In this document: positions 1 to 9,229 of the stretch, in pieces
Layout: each line of letters begins with the position of its first letter
Position numbering within the stretch: position 1 is the first letter of the stretch
Sequence record: SRR31156797_4149
DNA: 38,291 nt
Direction: 5' to 3' (one strand)
Notes under the pieces: generated by a model
The model's database searches: none
Told to the model about the DNA's origin: nothing
The model's input: only the letters and a program-made list of their open reading frames with translations
Position numbers and translations under genes: made by a program

Positions 1-2
1 AA

Positions 3-845
3 ACAGAAATTGGAGATGTCGATATTGTGCCTAGTGGTGGTCATGATGACAACTATAACTTTAATCTTACAAATGGAACATTAACGATCAACAAAGCTGA
101 ATTAACCGTAAGTGCTGATGACAAAAGTAAGACTTATGGAGAAGAGAATCCACAGCTGACGATTAGCTATATTGGCTTTGTAAATAGTGAAGATGAAACC
201 ATTCTAACCGAACAACCAACAGTTAGTTCAACAGCTAATGCCACTACAAATGCAGGTAATCATGCTATCACTCTTGCTGAAGGTACTGCAGATAACTACA
301 GCCTTACCCATATGGATGGTACAATAACAATTCACAAAGCTGAGTTGACTGTAAGTGCTGACAACCAAACCAGAGAACAAGGTACAGCAAATCCTGATTT
401 AACCTTTAGCATTAACGGATTTGTTAATGGTGATGATGAATCTGATTTAGATGATCTTCCTATCGCTACTTGCGTGGCTGATGAGAATTCAGAGGCAGGT
501 GATTACGATATCATTGTAGATTCGGGTGATGACAACAATTATTCTTTTAACTACATCAACGGGGTGTTGACGGTAACTATTGTAACAGATATTTCGGAAA
601 TTGATGTTCTTGAACTGAGAACCTATCCTAACCCTACAAAAGATTGGTTGATTATTAGCTGGACAGATAATAACACTCACAATGCTGAAGTTCAGATTTT
701 GAATATAAATGGAAGCCTGATCAAAAAAATTAACAATTATAATAATGGATCAAGAATGAATGTTTCGAATCTGAAATCGGGCACTTACATCCTGAGAATA
801 AAAATAGATGATCGCTATCAAAGCAAAAGATTCATAAAGATCTAA
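3..845 (+). CDS. C-terminal part of an MBG-domain repeat protein with T9SS type A sorting domain (5' end outside the window)
   Basis: The frame is open from the window edge. Two ~81-aa repeats (KAELTVSADD/N...NP.LT.S..GFVN..DE...DNY) resemble MBG_2 domains. The C-terminus has YPNPT...I.NING...LKSGTYILRI...KRFIKI, the T9SS CTD pattern. Confidence 0.88.
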   Translation, partial: TEIGDVDIVPSGGHDDNYNFNLTNGTLTINKAELTVSADDKSKTYGEENPQLTISYIGFVNSEDETILTEQPTVSSTANATTNAGNHAITLAEGTADNYSLTHMDGTITIHKAELTVSADNQTREQGTANPDLTFSINGFVNGDDESDLDDLPIATCVADENSEAGDYDIIVDSGDDNNYSFNYINGVLTVTIVTDISEIDVLELRTYPNPTKDWLIISWTDNNTHNAEVQILNINGSLIKKINNYNNGSRMNVSNLKSGTYILRIKIDDRYQSKRFIKI

Positions 846-911
846 TTATCAAGAAATAATACAGTTTAAATCTGAGACGAGAACAAGCTTACAACTTCTC
901 GATCTCAAATC

Positions 912-947
912 AAAAAAGCGATTGCACTGAGTTGTGCAATCGCTTTT
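912..947. terminator. Bidirectional intrinsic terminator between convergent genes
   Basis: Perfect 14-bp inverted repeat AAAAGCGATTGCAC-tgagtt-GTGCAATCGCTTTT with A and T tracts at the two ends. Confidence 0.9.
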
Positions 948-971
948 AGTTTTTAAATAGGATTCAAAGAA

Positions 972-3533
972 CTAGATCCGCTCAGCTGCTATTTCCAAAT
1001 CCAGATTCCCTGAGGAATTGCTCCGCTTACGAGTTCTTACAAAAGTTTCCTTAACTCTCTGTGATTTCATCATGTATGGAATCCAAATAGCGGCACCAAT
1101 TATACTTCTGCCTAAATCATCATACTCAATTGAATCGGCTCCAAGTATTTCTGCGCCCAATATGGTATCAATAATTAATCCTGCTAATACAGCCACTCGA
1201 AAGTAAATGTATAGCTTTGGGAAAATCGTTCTTTTCTGATGCATTAATACAATTAAAAATATCGCAGCCAAGATTATTGCTATATTATAGATCAATTCAA
1301 AAAAATAGAACCCGCCAGATAAAAATGGCATATTATTATATAATTCTATAAACTCATCCCAAGTTGCCTGGTTAAAATATCCCGAATCGTAAATTAAATA
1401 TGCAATGGAAATAGGTGTCATGTAAAGTCCTAGAGCTACCAATCCAAGCCAACCACCTATAGTTTCTCTTACTTGGGGATATCTTATCTCAGGTTTAAGC
1501 TCCCAGAGGTACAATTTCTTGAATACAAAAAACAGGCAAATCAATAATAGTACTGTAATGAATAATGCAGGACCAAATAGTTTAAATTTAGTATCTACAT
1601 TCACCCCCCATTCTATTGCATATTCACACTTATCACTTACAAGGTCATAATCTTTAAAATACCTTTTTAAATTCTCAACTGGCACATGATCTTTTAAGGT
1701 TTTATACCGATAACTTACCGTAACCATATGCGCCAATTTATTTACCGAAACATTGTAATTAAATTTAAAAATGTCATTCACTATGCTATCTGTTTCTTCT
1801 ATAAATCCTAGCTCTTTATGTTTTGGCAAATGAAGATTTATTTTCAATTCTACATCTACTGGGTAATTTATTTTTAAAGGTGTGGTTCTTACCTGGTCGT
1901 TTGTAGAATTCATGAACTCATAAAAATTGTATGGATAAAAGCTCGAATACAATTCTATGGTGTCTTTCCCTCTATGTTCCCATAAATCTTCAATGTAATA
2001 CTTCTCTACAACCTTGAATACATTGTTCTCTTCATCATCATGAAAACAGAGAGCAGAACCTTTTTGCCAACTTAAATTCTCATAATACTGACTGCAAAAA
2101 TCCAAATAATCATCCTTATTTTCAGCCATTGAGGAACCAATATTCACACTTCTCTTTGAATTGGCCAACTCACCAGAAAAACTGCTTACAACTTCATATC
2201 TCACTTTTGAAACACTATCGGTTAACCAGAAATTCTCATTTATAACAACTTTTTTACAAGCATTTTCGGGAATGGTCTCAAGTGTATTGCTTTTCTGATC
2301 AATTACAAGTGCTTTTCCATACATAGGATTCTGAATCTCACTCAAACCTCCCTTTTCACCATTACTTGTTGGATCGACCCAATATTCCTTACCCTTCCAA
2401 ATAAATTTTACAATTACATGATTAAAAGCAAATGGTGATGCCGAGAATTGATCGACAAACCTCTTGTGCTTTGTACTCACCAATGCAGGCCAGGCAGAAA
2501 CTCCAATACGGTTAAGCATAAGACTCAACAAATAAGATTTGTCCTTACAATCCCCAAATCGCTGATGGAAAACTCTTTCCGGGTGGTGAGGCTTGTGAGA
2601 GTTAACGCCATTGCTCATTGCCAGATATCGAATCTCATCCTGCGTAAATCTGATTAAATCAATTATCTCTTCTTCTTTCGTACCAGATTTTTTATCTGCT
2701 AAAAACTCATCAATTCCCGAACAATCAATATTTATTGGATACAATTCGAGCATAAATGAACGAACCTCATTCCAATTGTTAAAAGAACTAACCTCTGAAC
2801 GCGGATAGGCATTGTACCAACTAGGTGTGTCGTCATCAGTAAAAATGGGCGCTACATTCTGTAAATCCCAAACCAAACGTTTTACTTGTTTTGTGCTACG
2901 TAATTTAGGATTAGTGCCTCCGAACAGATTCTTAATTTTCACCTTCTTATCTCTGGGCAGCAGCATCTCATAATACAAATGCTGAATTTCTACATTGTAA
3001 GCCTGTGATACCATAGAATAAGCATAGTCTTTAAAAATGGGGTTGGCTCCCTTAAATGTATATTCATATTCAAGGATATCACCCACACGAATATCTTCTA
3101 ATATTGTAACCGCTGAATAACTGCCATCATAGAGGTAACGATCCGCTTTTTTTTCATTACGCATCAACTCTACCTTACTCCTGTCTAACTTGTTTATAAT
3201 TTTTCCATTGCGATGAACAACGATTTTATTTATAACCAATTCCTGATAAGATGGATCGAAAGTAAATTCCAACTGAGAATTGCTTTGAACACCATCTTCG
3301 TTATTTAATCGTATGCAATACCTGTAATTGTATTCTTTTGTAATTTCATTATCCTGCCAGTCTAAAAGCAGATAACTAATAGAACCTTCATTTTCCAAAT
3401 TCTTTACATTACTATTGAATTTAACTTTTGATTTCCAAGATGGTGAAGGTCCTATTTTAAAAGTAGGTGTAGCTATAGATAAAAAGGCTTGACTCGTAAA
3501 AATCAGCACAAGTAGTAGGCGCAATAATTTCAT
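972..3533 (-). CDS. DUF3857 + transglutaminase-like domain protein with C-terminal DUF2569-like membrane domain
   Basis: Signal peptide; DUF3857 signature (DIRVGDILEYEYT); transglutaminase core FGDCKDK / FNHVI / WVDPT (Cys-His-Asp); C-terminal TM helices starting IGGWL and ending WIPYMMKSQRVKETF, typical of DUF2569. Confidence 0.85.
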   Translation of the reverse strand: MKLLRLLLVLIFTSQAFLSIATPTFKIGPSPSWKSKVKFNSNVKNLENEGSISYLLLDWQDNEITKEYNYRYCIRLNNEDGVQSNSQLEFTFDPSYQELVINKIVVHRNGKIINKLDRSKVELMRNEKKADRYLYDGSYSAVTILEDIRVGDILEYEYTFKGANPIFKDYAYSMVSQAYNVEIQHLYYEMLLPRDKKVKIKNLFGGTNPKLRSTKQVKRLVWDLQNVAPIFTDDDTPSWYNAYPRSEVSSFNNWNEVRSFMLELYPINIDCSGIDEFLADKKSGTKEEEIIDLIRFTQDEIRYLAMSNGVNSHKPHHPERVFHQRFGDCKDKSYLLSLMLNRIGVSAWPALVSTKHKRFVDQFSASPFAFNHVIVKFIWKGKEYWVDPTSNGEKGGLSEIQNPMYGKALVIDQKSNTLETIPENACKKVVINENFWLTDSVSKVRYEVVSSFSGELANSKRSVNIGSSMAENKDDYLDFCSQYYENLSWQKGSALCFHDDEENNVFKVVEKYYIEDLWEHRGKDTIELYSSFYPYNFYEFMNSTNDQVRTTPLKINYPVDVELKINLHLPKHKELGFIEETDSIVNDIFKFNYNVSVNKLAHMVTVSYRYKTLKDHVPVENLKRYFKDYDLVSDKCEYAIEWGVNVDTKFKLFGPALFITVLLLICLFFVFKKLYLWELKPEIRYPQVRETIGGWLGLVALGLYMTPISIAYLIYDSGYFNQATWDEFIELYNNMPFLSGGFYFFELIYNIAIILAAIFLIVLMHQKRTIFPKLYIYFRVAVLAGLIIDTILGAEILGADSIEYDDLGRSIIGAAIWIPYMMKSQRVKETFVRTRKRSNSSGNLDLEIAAERI

Positions 3534-3953
3534 TAATCTGGGTTTAGTATTAGATTTTCTTTCCCTATAAAGGTAGGTGCTAAATTTATCAAAAAAATAA
3601 TACCCTAAAGAATCTAAAAAGCGCTATCTGGATTTACATCCTTTAATTAGAATCATTCAAAACCCATTGTTTTAAAATTATTATGTCAAGCTAGAAAATA
3701 AAACAGCAGTTTACAACTTCTCGCTTTTTCTTCAATTTGCCAGGCTAATAATTGTCACTACTAAACCTTATTTAATACCTTCCTAAATTGAGAATTAAGT
3801 ATATTAAAAAGCCATTCGAACACATCTTTATTATACATTAATTTATTATATTGTAAGTGACGCCAATACCTACATAGAAAGGAAAACTCTATAGGAATTA
3901 CCGATAGTTACTAGGTGTTTAACTAGCAAGCTTTTAGTGTTAATTTAAAATAG

Positions 3954-4400
3954 ATGAATATGGGAAATCAGGAAAATGACGGGATTATTAAATGGCACAC
4001 GGATTTTGAAACAGGAATATCAAGAATAGACTTTGAGCATAAAATATTTTTAGAACTGGTGAATTCTTTCAGCCATGCCATCAATAAAAAAAGATCAGAT
4101 TCGGAACTATATAGAATTATAACGGAAATAGAAAAATATGCCGAATTTCATTTCATAAGTGAAGAAAATGTAATGCGCCGAATAGATTACCCCTATTTTA
4201 AAGAACATCAAATAGAGCACTTTGAATTGTTAGATAAATTCAATTTGGCAAAGTTTAAAAATTGTAACTTTATGGAGTTTTATAATTTCCTTAAAGAATG
4301 GTTTATTCTTCATACAACAGAAACCGATATCACGCTCAAAAAGTACATTGTTGAAAATAATATAAAGTTGGAAGACTTTTATTACGATATAAAAATCTAA
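3954..4400 (+). CDS. Single-domain bacteriohemerythrin
   Basis: W..DFETGI..ID.EH, HF..EE, HQ.EH and W...H....D give the complete H/HxxxE/HxxxH/HxxxxD di-iron ligand set. Confidence 0.92.
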   Translation: MNMGNQENDGIIKWHTDFETGISRIDFEHKIFLELVNSFSHAINKKRSDSELYRIITEIEKYAEFHFISEENVMRRIDYPYFKEHQIEHFELLDKFNLAKFKNCNFMEFYNFLKEWFILHTTETDITLKKYIVENNIKLEDFYYDIKI

Positions 4401-4401
4401 T

Positions 4402-5505
4402 ATGAATACACTAAACGTTATCAAACTCTTAATCGTTGATGATAAAACTGAGAATCTTAAACTGATATCAGGCTTTTTTGAAGATTCAAACTATTTTGTG
4501 AGAACATCCAGTTCGCTTGAAGACACCTGTAATATATGTAATGATATCGAATTTGATTTACTATTAATCGATATCAGAATGCCGATAAATGGATTTGTAT
4601 TTTGGGATAAAATCAGAGTAAGTAAACTAAACAGTACTACTCCGGTAATTTTTATGGCTGAAAAGACCGATTTGGAGAACATATCCAAAGCATTCAAGTC
4701 GGGTTGTCGTGATGTGATTACAAAACCTTTTCAACTCGACGAGCTTTTATCTAAAGTTTCTACCCATTCATTATTGCAAATTCAGCACAAACAAATTAGT
4801 GAACTGATGGCTGCCAAAGAAAAGATATTCGCCATCATAGGTCATGACCTACGAAGCCCTTTCAATTCATTAATTGGTTTTTCGAAGCTACTGCTTGAAA
4901 ACCTGGAAAATACCAAAGATAACTCTTCGAAAAAGTATGCTGAGTTAATTAACAACATCTCGGTTAAGAACCTTGAGTTACTGGATAACTTGTTAATTTA
5001 TGCCAGAGATCTGGAAAAACAGGCCCAGGCATCATTAGAGAAAATCAACATCCATCAACTGATTTCTGAGGTATTACAAATTATACAGCCTACCGCCGCT
5101 CTAAAAGAGATACAGTTGGTTCAAATTTTTGGAGAATCGAGAGATACTTTAGGTACCAAAGATTTAATTGCAACCATGATTCGAAACATTCTTAGCAATG
5201 CTGTTAAATTTTCACCTAACAATGGATTTGTAAGCGTAAAAACAAAGGTTGTGGGCAACATGATTGAAATAGACATTTCGGATACTGGTGTTGGCATGGA
5301 TGAAGCCAAATTGCAAAACCTCTTCAACCCCGAGCACCCGCAATCAAGCCTGGGAACCGCTGGCGAAATGGGATCTGGTTACGGTCTAATGCTTTCCAAA
5401 GAGATTGCAGACAAACACAATGGCGAAATAAAAGTGAACAGCGAGCTTGACAATGGAACAAGCTTTAAAATTCGATTGCCAATATATGAAGAAGCCAAGC
5501 ACTAA
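4402..5505 (+). CDS. Hybrid response regulator / histidine kinase (REC-HisKA-HATPase_c), cytoplasmic, no sensor domain
   Basis: N-terminal REC (LIVDD, LLLIDIRMP, KPF), H-box GHDLRSP, N-box NILSNAVKFS, G1 DTGVGM, G2 GSGYGL. It starts 1 nt after the hemerythrin stop. Confidence 0.92.
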   Translation: MNTLNVIKLLIVDDKTENLKLISGFFEDSNYFVRTSSSLEDTCNICNDIEFDLLLIDIRMPINGFVFWDKIRVSKLNSTTPVIFMAEKTDLENISKAFKSGCRDVITKPFQLDELLSKVSTHSLLQIQHKQISELMAAKEKIFAIIGHDLRSPFNSLIGFSKLLLENLENTKDNSSKKYAELINNISVKNLELLDNLLIYARDLEKQAQASLEKINIHQLISEVLQIIQPTAALKEIQLVQIFGESRDTLGTKDLIATMIRNILSNAVKFSPNNGFVSVKTKVVGNMIEIDISDTGVGMDEAKLQNLFNPEHPQSSLGTAGEMGSGYGLMLSKEIADKHNGEIKVNSELDNGTSFKIRLPIYEEAKH

Positions 5506-5557
5506 AATAACCAACAAACTTATTTCAATATAAGCGAATACTACACATATAAACAGT

Positions 5558-5590
5558 AAAGCAATTACCTAAAGTAGTTGCTTTTTGTTT
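5558..5590. terminator. Probable terminator between the convergent kinase and DUF3124 genes
   Basis: AAAGCAATTAC-ctaaa-GTAGTTGCTTT followed by TTGTTT; one G:U pair on the + strand. Confidence 0.7.
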
Positions 5591-5599
5591 ACAGAACTT

Positions 5600-6106
5600 C
5601 TACCGCTCAATTCCCTGAGTGGTGAAGGACAAGCCCTGTTGACCACTGGTGGAAATCATGACCGCTTCGAAGACTGGTGCGTGTGCTGTTGGTGTGGTAG
5701 CCCAATCGAAAATGAAGTTGGCGCCAGTGCCTCCCTCCTTGTCTTCCTGACCAATGACAACCTCGATGGTTTCCATAGGCTTGATATAGACTGGCTTTTG
5801 AATGTAGGAACGAATTAAATCTCCGTGAGTGTTGTAATAGTCGGCTTTCATTAGAAACATGGTATCTGTAGAACTGATGTTTCTCATGCTAATGGTTGCC
5901 GTTAAATCGTAGGTCTGACGATCCGAAAACTGGTAAATCTCCGAGTAAACCGACAAATAGGAACTTGCTTGCTTCAAATCGGCTATGCGCTCTTCCGAAG
6001 CCCTTCTCTCCTCCCAATTAACTGGCTCAATAAAGTTTTTTCTTCTTTGCTCATCGCAGGATGCAAAAAATAGGATGAATACAATAAAACAAGCAAACAG
6101 TTTCAT
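5600..6106 (-). CDS. DUF3124 family lipoprotein
   Basis: Lipobox FFASC; motifs YLSVYSEIY, DLTATISMRN, DYYNT.G and GGTGANFIFDW, characteristic of DUF3124. Confidence 0.88.
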   Translation of the reverse strand: MKLFACFIVFILFFASCDEQRRKNFIEPVNWEERRASEERIADLKQASSYLSVYSEIYQFSDRQTYDLTATISMRNISSTDTMFLMKADYYNTHGDLIRSYIQKPVYIKPMETIEVVIGQEDKEGGTGANFIFDWATTPTAHAPVFEAVMISTSGQQGLSFTTQGIER

Positions 6107-6320
6107 AGGCTACAATTTAATAAATGAGTATAAGACAGGTTCTACTACCAAATATACCCATTCTAAGTTTGGAAATGAACTGTTTAGTAATACAATTGCT
6201 TAAAAATTAAGTTCCCTTCCTATTTCTTCACAAGCCCATCTCCACTCCTTTTTTCACTCTCCTCACACGTAAGGAGTCAGTCAATTAAATTCTTGCTATA
6301 AATTTCATTTTTGTTTACCA

Positions 6321-6351
6321 TTTGCTAATCCTTTTGTTTTTCATAAATTTG
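6321..6351 (+). promoter_or_regulatory. Bacteroidota primary-sigma promoter (-33/-7)
   Basis: TTTG (6321-6324), 19-nt spacer, TAAATTTG (6344-6351): an exact match to the TTTG-N19-21-TAnnTTTG consensus upstream of the GNAT gene. Confidence 0.75.
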
Positions 6352-6389
6352 ATTTGATAAAACGTTACCATTATAGAATAGTGAAATAA

Positions 6390-6923
6390 ATGAAAATCAA
6401 AATAGATACAGATTTAGAATTAAGACAATTAGAATTATCAGATTCTATTGATATTTTTAAAACAATTAACAGCCAAAGAAAGTACTTAGGAAAATGGTTA
6501 CCTTTTGTAGCATGTACTAATAAAATTGAGGACACGGAGAATTTTATCAACTCAGTAGTAAATGCTCCTAAAGATAAATTTGAATATACTTTTACAATTA
6601 GGAAACAAGATAAATTTGTAGGATTGATTGGATTAAAAAGCTCAGATAAAATAAACAGAATAACAGAAATAGGATATTGGATTTCTGAGAAATTTCAAAA
6701 AAAGGGAATTGTAACAAAATCGGTTGCTAGACTTTGTGAATTTGCTTTTAAAGATCAAGGATTTAACAGAATACAAATAAAATGCGCTGTAGGAAACAAA
6801 TTGAGTTCTAACATTCCAAAAAGACTTGGATTTAAATTCGAGGGAATTGAACGAGATGGAGAACTACTCACTGGAAATATCTTCACTGATTTAGAAGTTT
6901 ATAGCAAATTGAAAAAAGATTAA
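6390..6923 (+). CDS. GNAT family N-acetyltransferase, RimJ/RimL (YdaF-like)
   Basis: Motifs L.KWLPFV, EIGYWISE.FQKKGIVT, NRIQIKCAVGN.LS..IPKRLGFKFEG.ERDGE. Confidence 0.92.
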   Translation: MKIKIDTDLELRQLELSDSIDIFKTINSQRKYLGKWLPFVACTNKIEDTENFINSVVNAPKDKFEYTFTIRKQDKFVGLIGLKSSDKINRITEIGYWISEKFQKKGIVTKSVARLCEFAFKDQGFNRIQIKCAVGNKLSSNIPKRLGFKFEGIERDGELLTGNIFTDLEVYSKLKKD

Positions 6924-7051
6924 TTATTGAATCAGTCTGAAAAAGTACTGCAGCCAACAATTTATAAAAGCAATGCTAAAACTCCAGATAATAAAGTAAT
7001 ATTGAGATAATAAACTTAAATTATAAAAATATTATTTAAAGAAGAGAAAAT

Positions 7052-7981
7052 ATGAATATGTCAAGTATAGAGACAAAAGCAATGAGCTATATATTATGGG
7101 CTTATGTGTTAATGGCAGCGGTTGGAATTGGAGCATTTGCTTTTTCGAATTCGGAAGCTGTTTTAATAGATGGAGTATTCAACTTCATATCGGCACTTTC
7201 TATGATTATAGGAATCAAGATTTCAAAACTTGTTGCTAAGAAGCCTACTAAATCGCTTCCATTCGGATTTGCAATGTACGAAACACTGTATACACTTTTT
7301 AAAGGACTAATGATTTTTGGGGTTCTTGTTTTAGCAGGAGTTTCAAATATTATAAAAATATACGATTACATTGCTATTGGTAGTGTTGAACAAGTTAAGG
7401 GAGGTTCTATTATTTATTATTCCATCTCGATGGTAATAATTTGCTCAATTGTATATTTATACCTTGCATCGCAGTGTAAAAAGACCAAGAATCAGAGCAT
7501 AATGTTACAAACCGAAAAAATAGCTGTATTTCAAAATGCAATTATTTCTGGAGCAATTGGAGTTGTATTTTTACTTATTGGTTTCCTTAAAAACTCTTTT
7601 CTAGCACCTATTGTACCCATTGCCGATTCTATAATTGTTCTCGTTTTATGTCTTTTCCTTTTTGGCGATCCTATAAAGATTTTAAAAAATGCCTTTAACG
7701 AATTAATAATAAAAGATATTCACCATGAAATGCGTGAAAAAGTTACCCAAATGATAATACCTATACTACCCAATGATTACAGTTTGAATCATATTTCTAT
7801 AAATAGACTTGGGCGCACCTATTATTTTATGTTTTTAATAAATCCGTTAAAGGCAAATTTATCGCTAGATGAGATTGAGAATATTCAGAAATCGATTAAA
7901 AATATTGTAATAAGTGAAGCTCCTTTCAGTTTTATAGATGTAATTTTCTCAAGCGAGAGTGTTGATGATTGGGAGGATTAG
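7052..7981 (+). CDS. Cation diffusion facilitator (CDF) family transporter
   Basis: Six TM segments; S.AVLIDG motif; PT..LPFGFA.YE.L loop; cytoplasmic C-terminal domain. Confidence 0.82.
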   Translation: MNMSSIETKAMSYILWAYVLMAAVGIGAFAFSNSEAVLIDGVFNFISALSMIIGIKISKLVAKKPTKSLPFGFAMYETLYTLFKGLMIFGVLVLAGVSNIIKIYDYIAIGSVEQVKGGSIIYYSISMVIICSIVYLYLASQCKKTKNQSIMLQTEKIAVFQNAIISGAIGVVFLLIGFLKNSFLAPIVPIADSIIVLVLCLFLFGDPIKILKNAFNELIIKDIHHEMREKVTQMIIPILPNDYSLNHISINRLGRTYYFMFLINPLKANLSLDEIENIQKSIKNIVISEAPFSFIDVIFSSESVDDWED

Positions 7982-8048
7982 TATTTTCTGATACCAAAAG
8001 GCATCAAATTCTTCAACTGGATAAGTATGGAGGTATCAAAGCACAATT

Positions 8049-8183
8049 GGTAAGAATGTGTCATTGGTCGATAGGCTGTAAATTGAAACACAATTACATT
8101 CAATAAACATAGTATAGATTTGAAAATGAGGCATTTTAGAATACTCAATACGACAAACACTCACCCTTAAAAAATCGTTACCC
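8049..8183 (+). mobile_element. Degenerate attC-like (gene-cassette recombination) site
   Basis: Begins GGTAAG (cf. GGTAAC) and ends CGTTACCC, with complementary ends ~134 bp apart and partial internal complementarity (TGTGTC.ATTG / CAAT.CGACA.ACA). It lies directly downstream of the CDF gene. Confidence 0.4.
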
Positions 8184-8193
8184 TAAATAAACT

Positions 8194-8219
8194 AAAGACC
8201 TCCCATCCGAGGTCTTTTT
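8194..8219 (+). terminator. Intrinsic terminator after the GNAT-CDF region
   Basis: AAAGACCTC-ccatcc-GAGGTCTTT followed by TT. Confidence 0.75.
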
Positions 8220-8405
8220 CATTTCCCATAATTTCACCGACATTTTCATCCACTTGGTCGATAAAGTCGTCCTGTTTGTATTTTTTTTTACTGTTCATCT
8301 CAACTTGACAGGCAAATTATTTTTATAGTAAACAAAAAGGACTTAAATTAAATACTGTTTTATGAGATATTTCTCTTTATGAGGGAATTGAATAAAATAA
8401 GGTAA

Positions 8406-8473
8406 CCCATCGGCTGGTCATCAACCGGGTTTTGAACTTTGGACAGTCACTCTTGGAAGATGAGGCCGATGGG
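8406..8473 (+). promoter_or_regulatory. Long GC-rich stem-loop in the 5' leader of the HU-like/DUF4469 gene
   Basis: CCCATCGGC (8406-8414) pairs with GCCGATGGG (8465-8473); TCATC with GATGA; CCGGG with CTTGG (G:U pairs); apical ACT-TTGGAC-AGT. It ends 31 nt before the ATG. Confidence 0.65.
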
Positions 8474-8504
8474 CCCTTCTAATATAAACTAAATTCGTTA
8501 CATT

Positions 8505-9203
8505 ATGAGTTTACGTTATGGATTAACATCAAATCATTTGACAGATGATCCTAATGATTACATGGGAGTTGTTACAGACAACAAAACCGTGAATGTTTCA
8601 AAAATCATGGAACGCATGATTGGTAAAGGTTCAACAGTTACAAAAGCTGAAGGGCTTTCGGTAATTGAAGAATTCGAGTACGCGGTTGTCGAAGAAGTTA
8701 AAAGTGGAAATACCGTCTCCACCGATTTGTTCCGAATTCACCCAAGTATTTCCGGAGTGTTTAACAATGAGAACGACAGTTTCGATCCTTCTCGTCACTC
8801 CATTCGTTTGAACATCAGTCCTGGACCTAGGTTGGCTGAAATCATTTCCAAAATCGAATTGGAAAAGGTGACTATTGTTTCGGCTCAACCTGAAATTCTT
8901 CTTTTTGTTGATTTAAAGACAAAAGAAGAGAATCAATCCTTCACGGCAGGGCAAATAGCTGCAATTAGAGGTTCTTTGTTGAAGTTTGATGAAGAAGATC
9001 CGCAACAGGGAGTATTTTTTATTGCTAGTGACGAAAGCGAAACAAAAGTTACTGAATTCGTAAAGAACAAGCCATCAGAGTTGCTTTTCTTTGTACCTGA
9101 TGCATTGACTGCTGGTACTTTTCAAATTGAATTAAGAACCATACTTCACAATTCAAAGGTTCTGAAAAAAACCAAATTAGCGAATATCCTTGTTGCCAAT
9201 TAA
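8505..9203 (+). CDS. HU-like DNA-binding domain + DUF4469 (Ig-like) protein
   Basis: N-terminal L..N.LT.DP.DY...GST.T.AE....E......G..V.T.LF...PSI.GVF.....FDP..H; C-terminal I.G..LK......GVFF...NKPSEL.F.VP..L..G...IE.RT, characteristic of this Bacteroidota family. Confidence 0.87.
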   Translation: MSLRYGLTSNHLTDDPNDYMGVVTDNKTVNVSKIMERMIGKGSTVTKAEGLSVIEEFEYAVVEEVKSGNTVSTDLFRIHPSISGVFNNENDSFDPSRHSIRLNISPGPRLAEIISKIELEKVTIVSAQPEILLFVDLKTKEENQSFTAGQIAAIRGSLLKFDEEDPQQGVFFIASDESETKVTEFVKNKPSELLFFVPDALTAGTFQIELRTILHNSKVLKKTKLANILVAN

Positions 9204-9229
9204 TTCGCTGTATGCACACATTTCAATAT

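Noticed and set aside
90-560. ~243-bp DNA repeat in the first ORF
   Set aside because: It reflects tandem MBG protein domains, not a mobile or regulatory repeat.
3860-3950. Small hairpins upstream of hemerythrin as a riboswitch
   Set aside because: The stems are short and AT-rich, and I could not match any riboswitch consensus.
6210-6280. Pyrimidine-rich tract with a 5-bp CTCCT/AGGAG stem
   Set aside because: Low complexity; the stem is short enough to arise by chance.
7978-8160. 60-aa minus-strand ORF
   Set aside because: GTG start, no motif, and it overlaps the attC-like non-coding element.
8231-8270. TTCACCGA / TTCATCCA / TTGGTCGA imperfect repeats as LytTR-type sites
   Set aside because: Too degenerate to support without comparative data.
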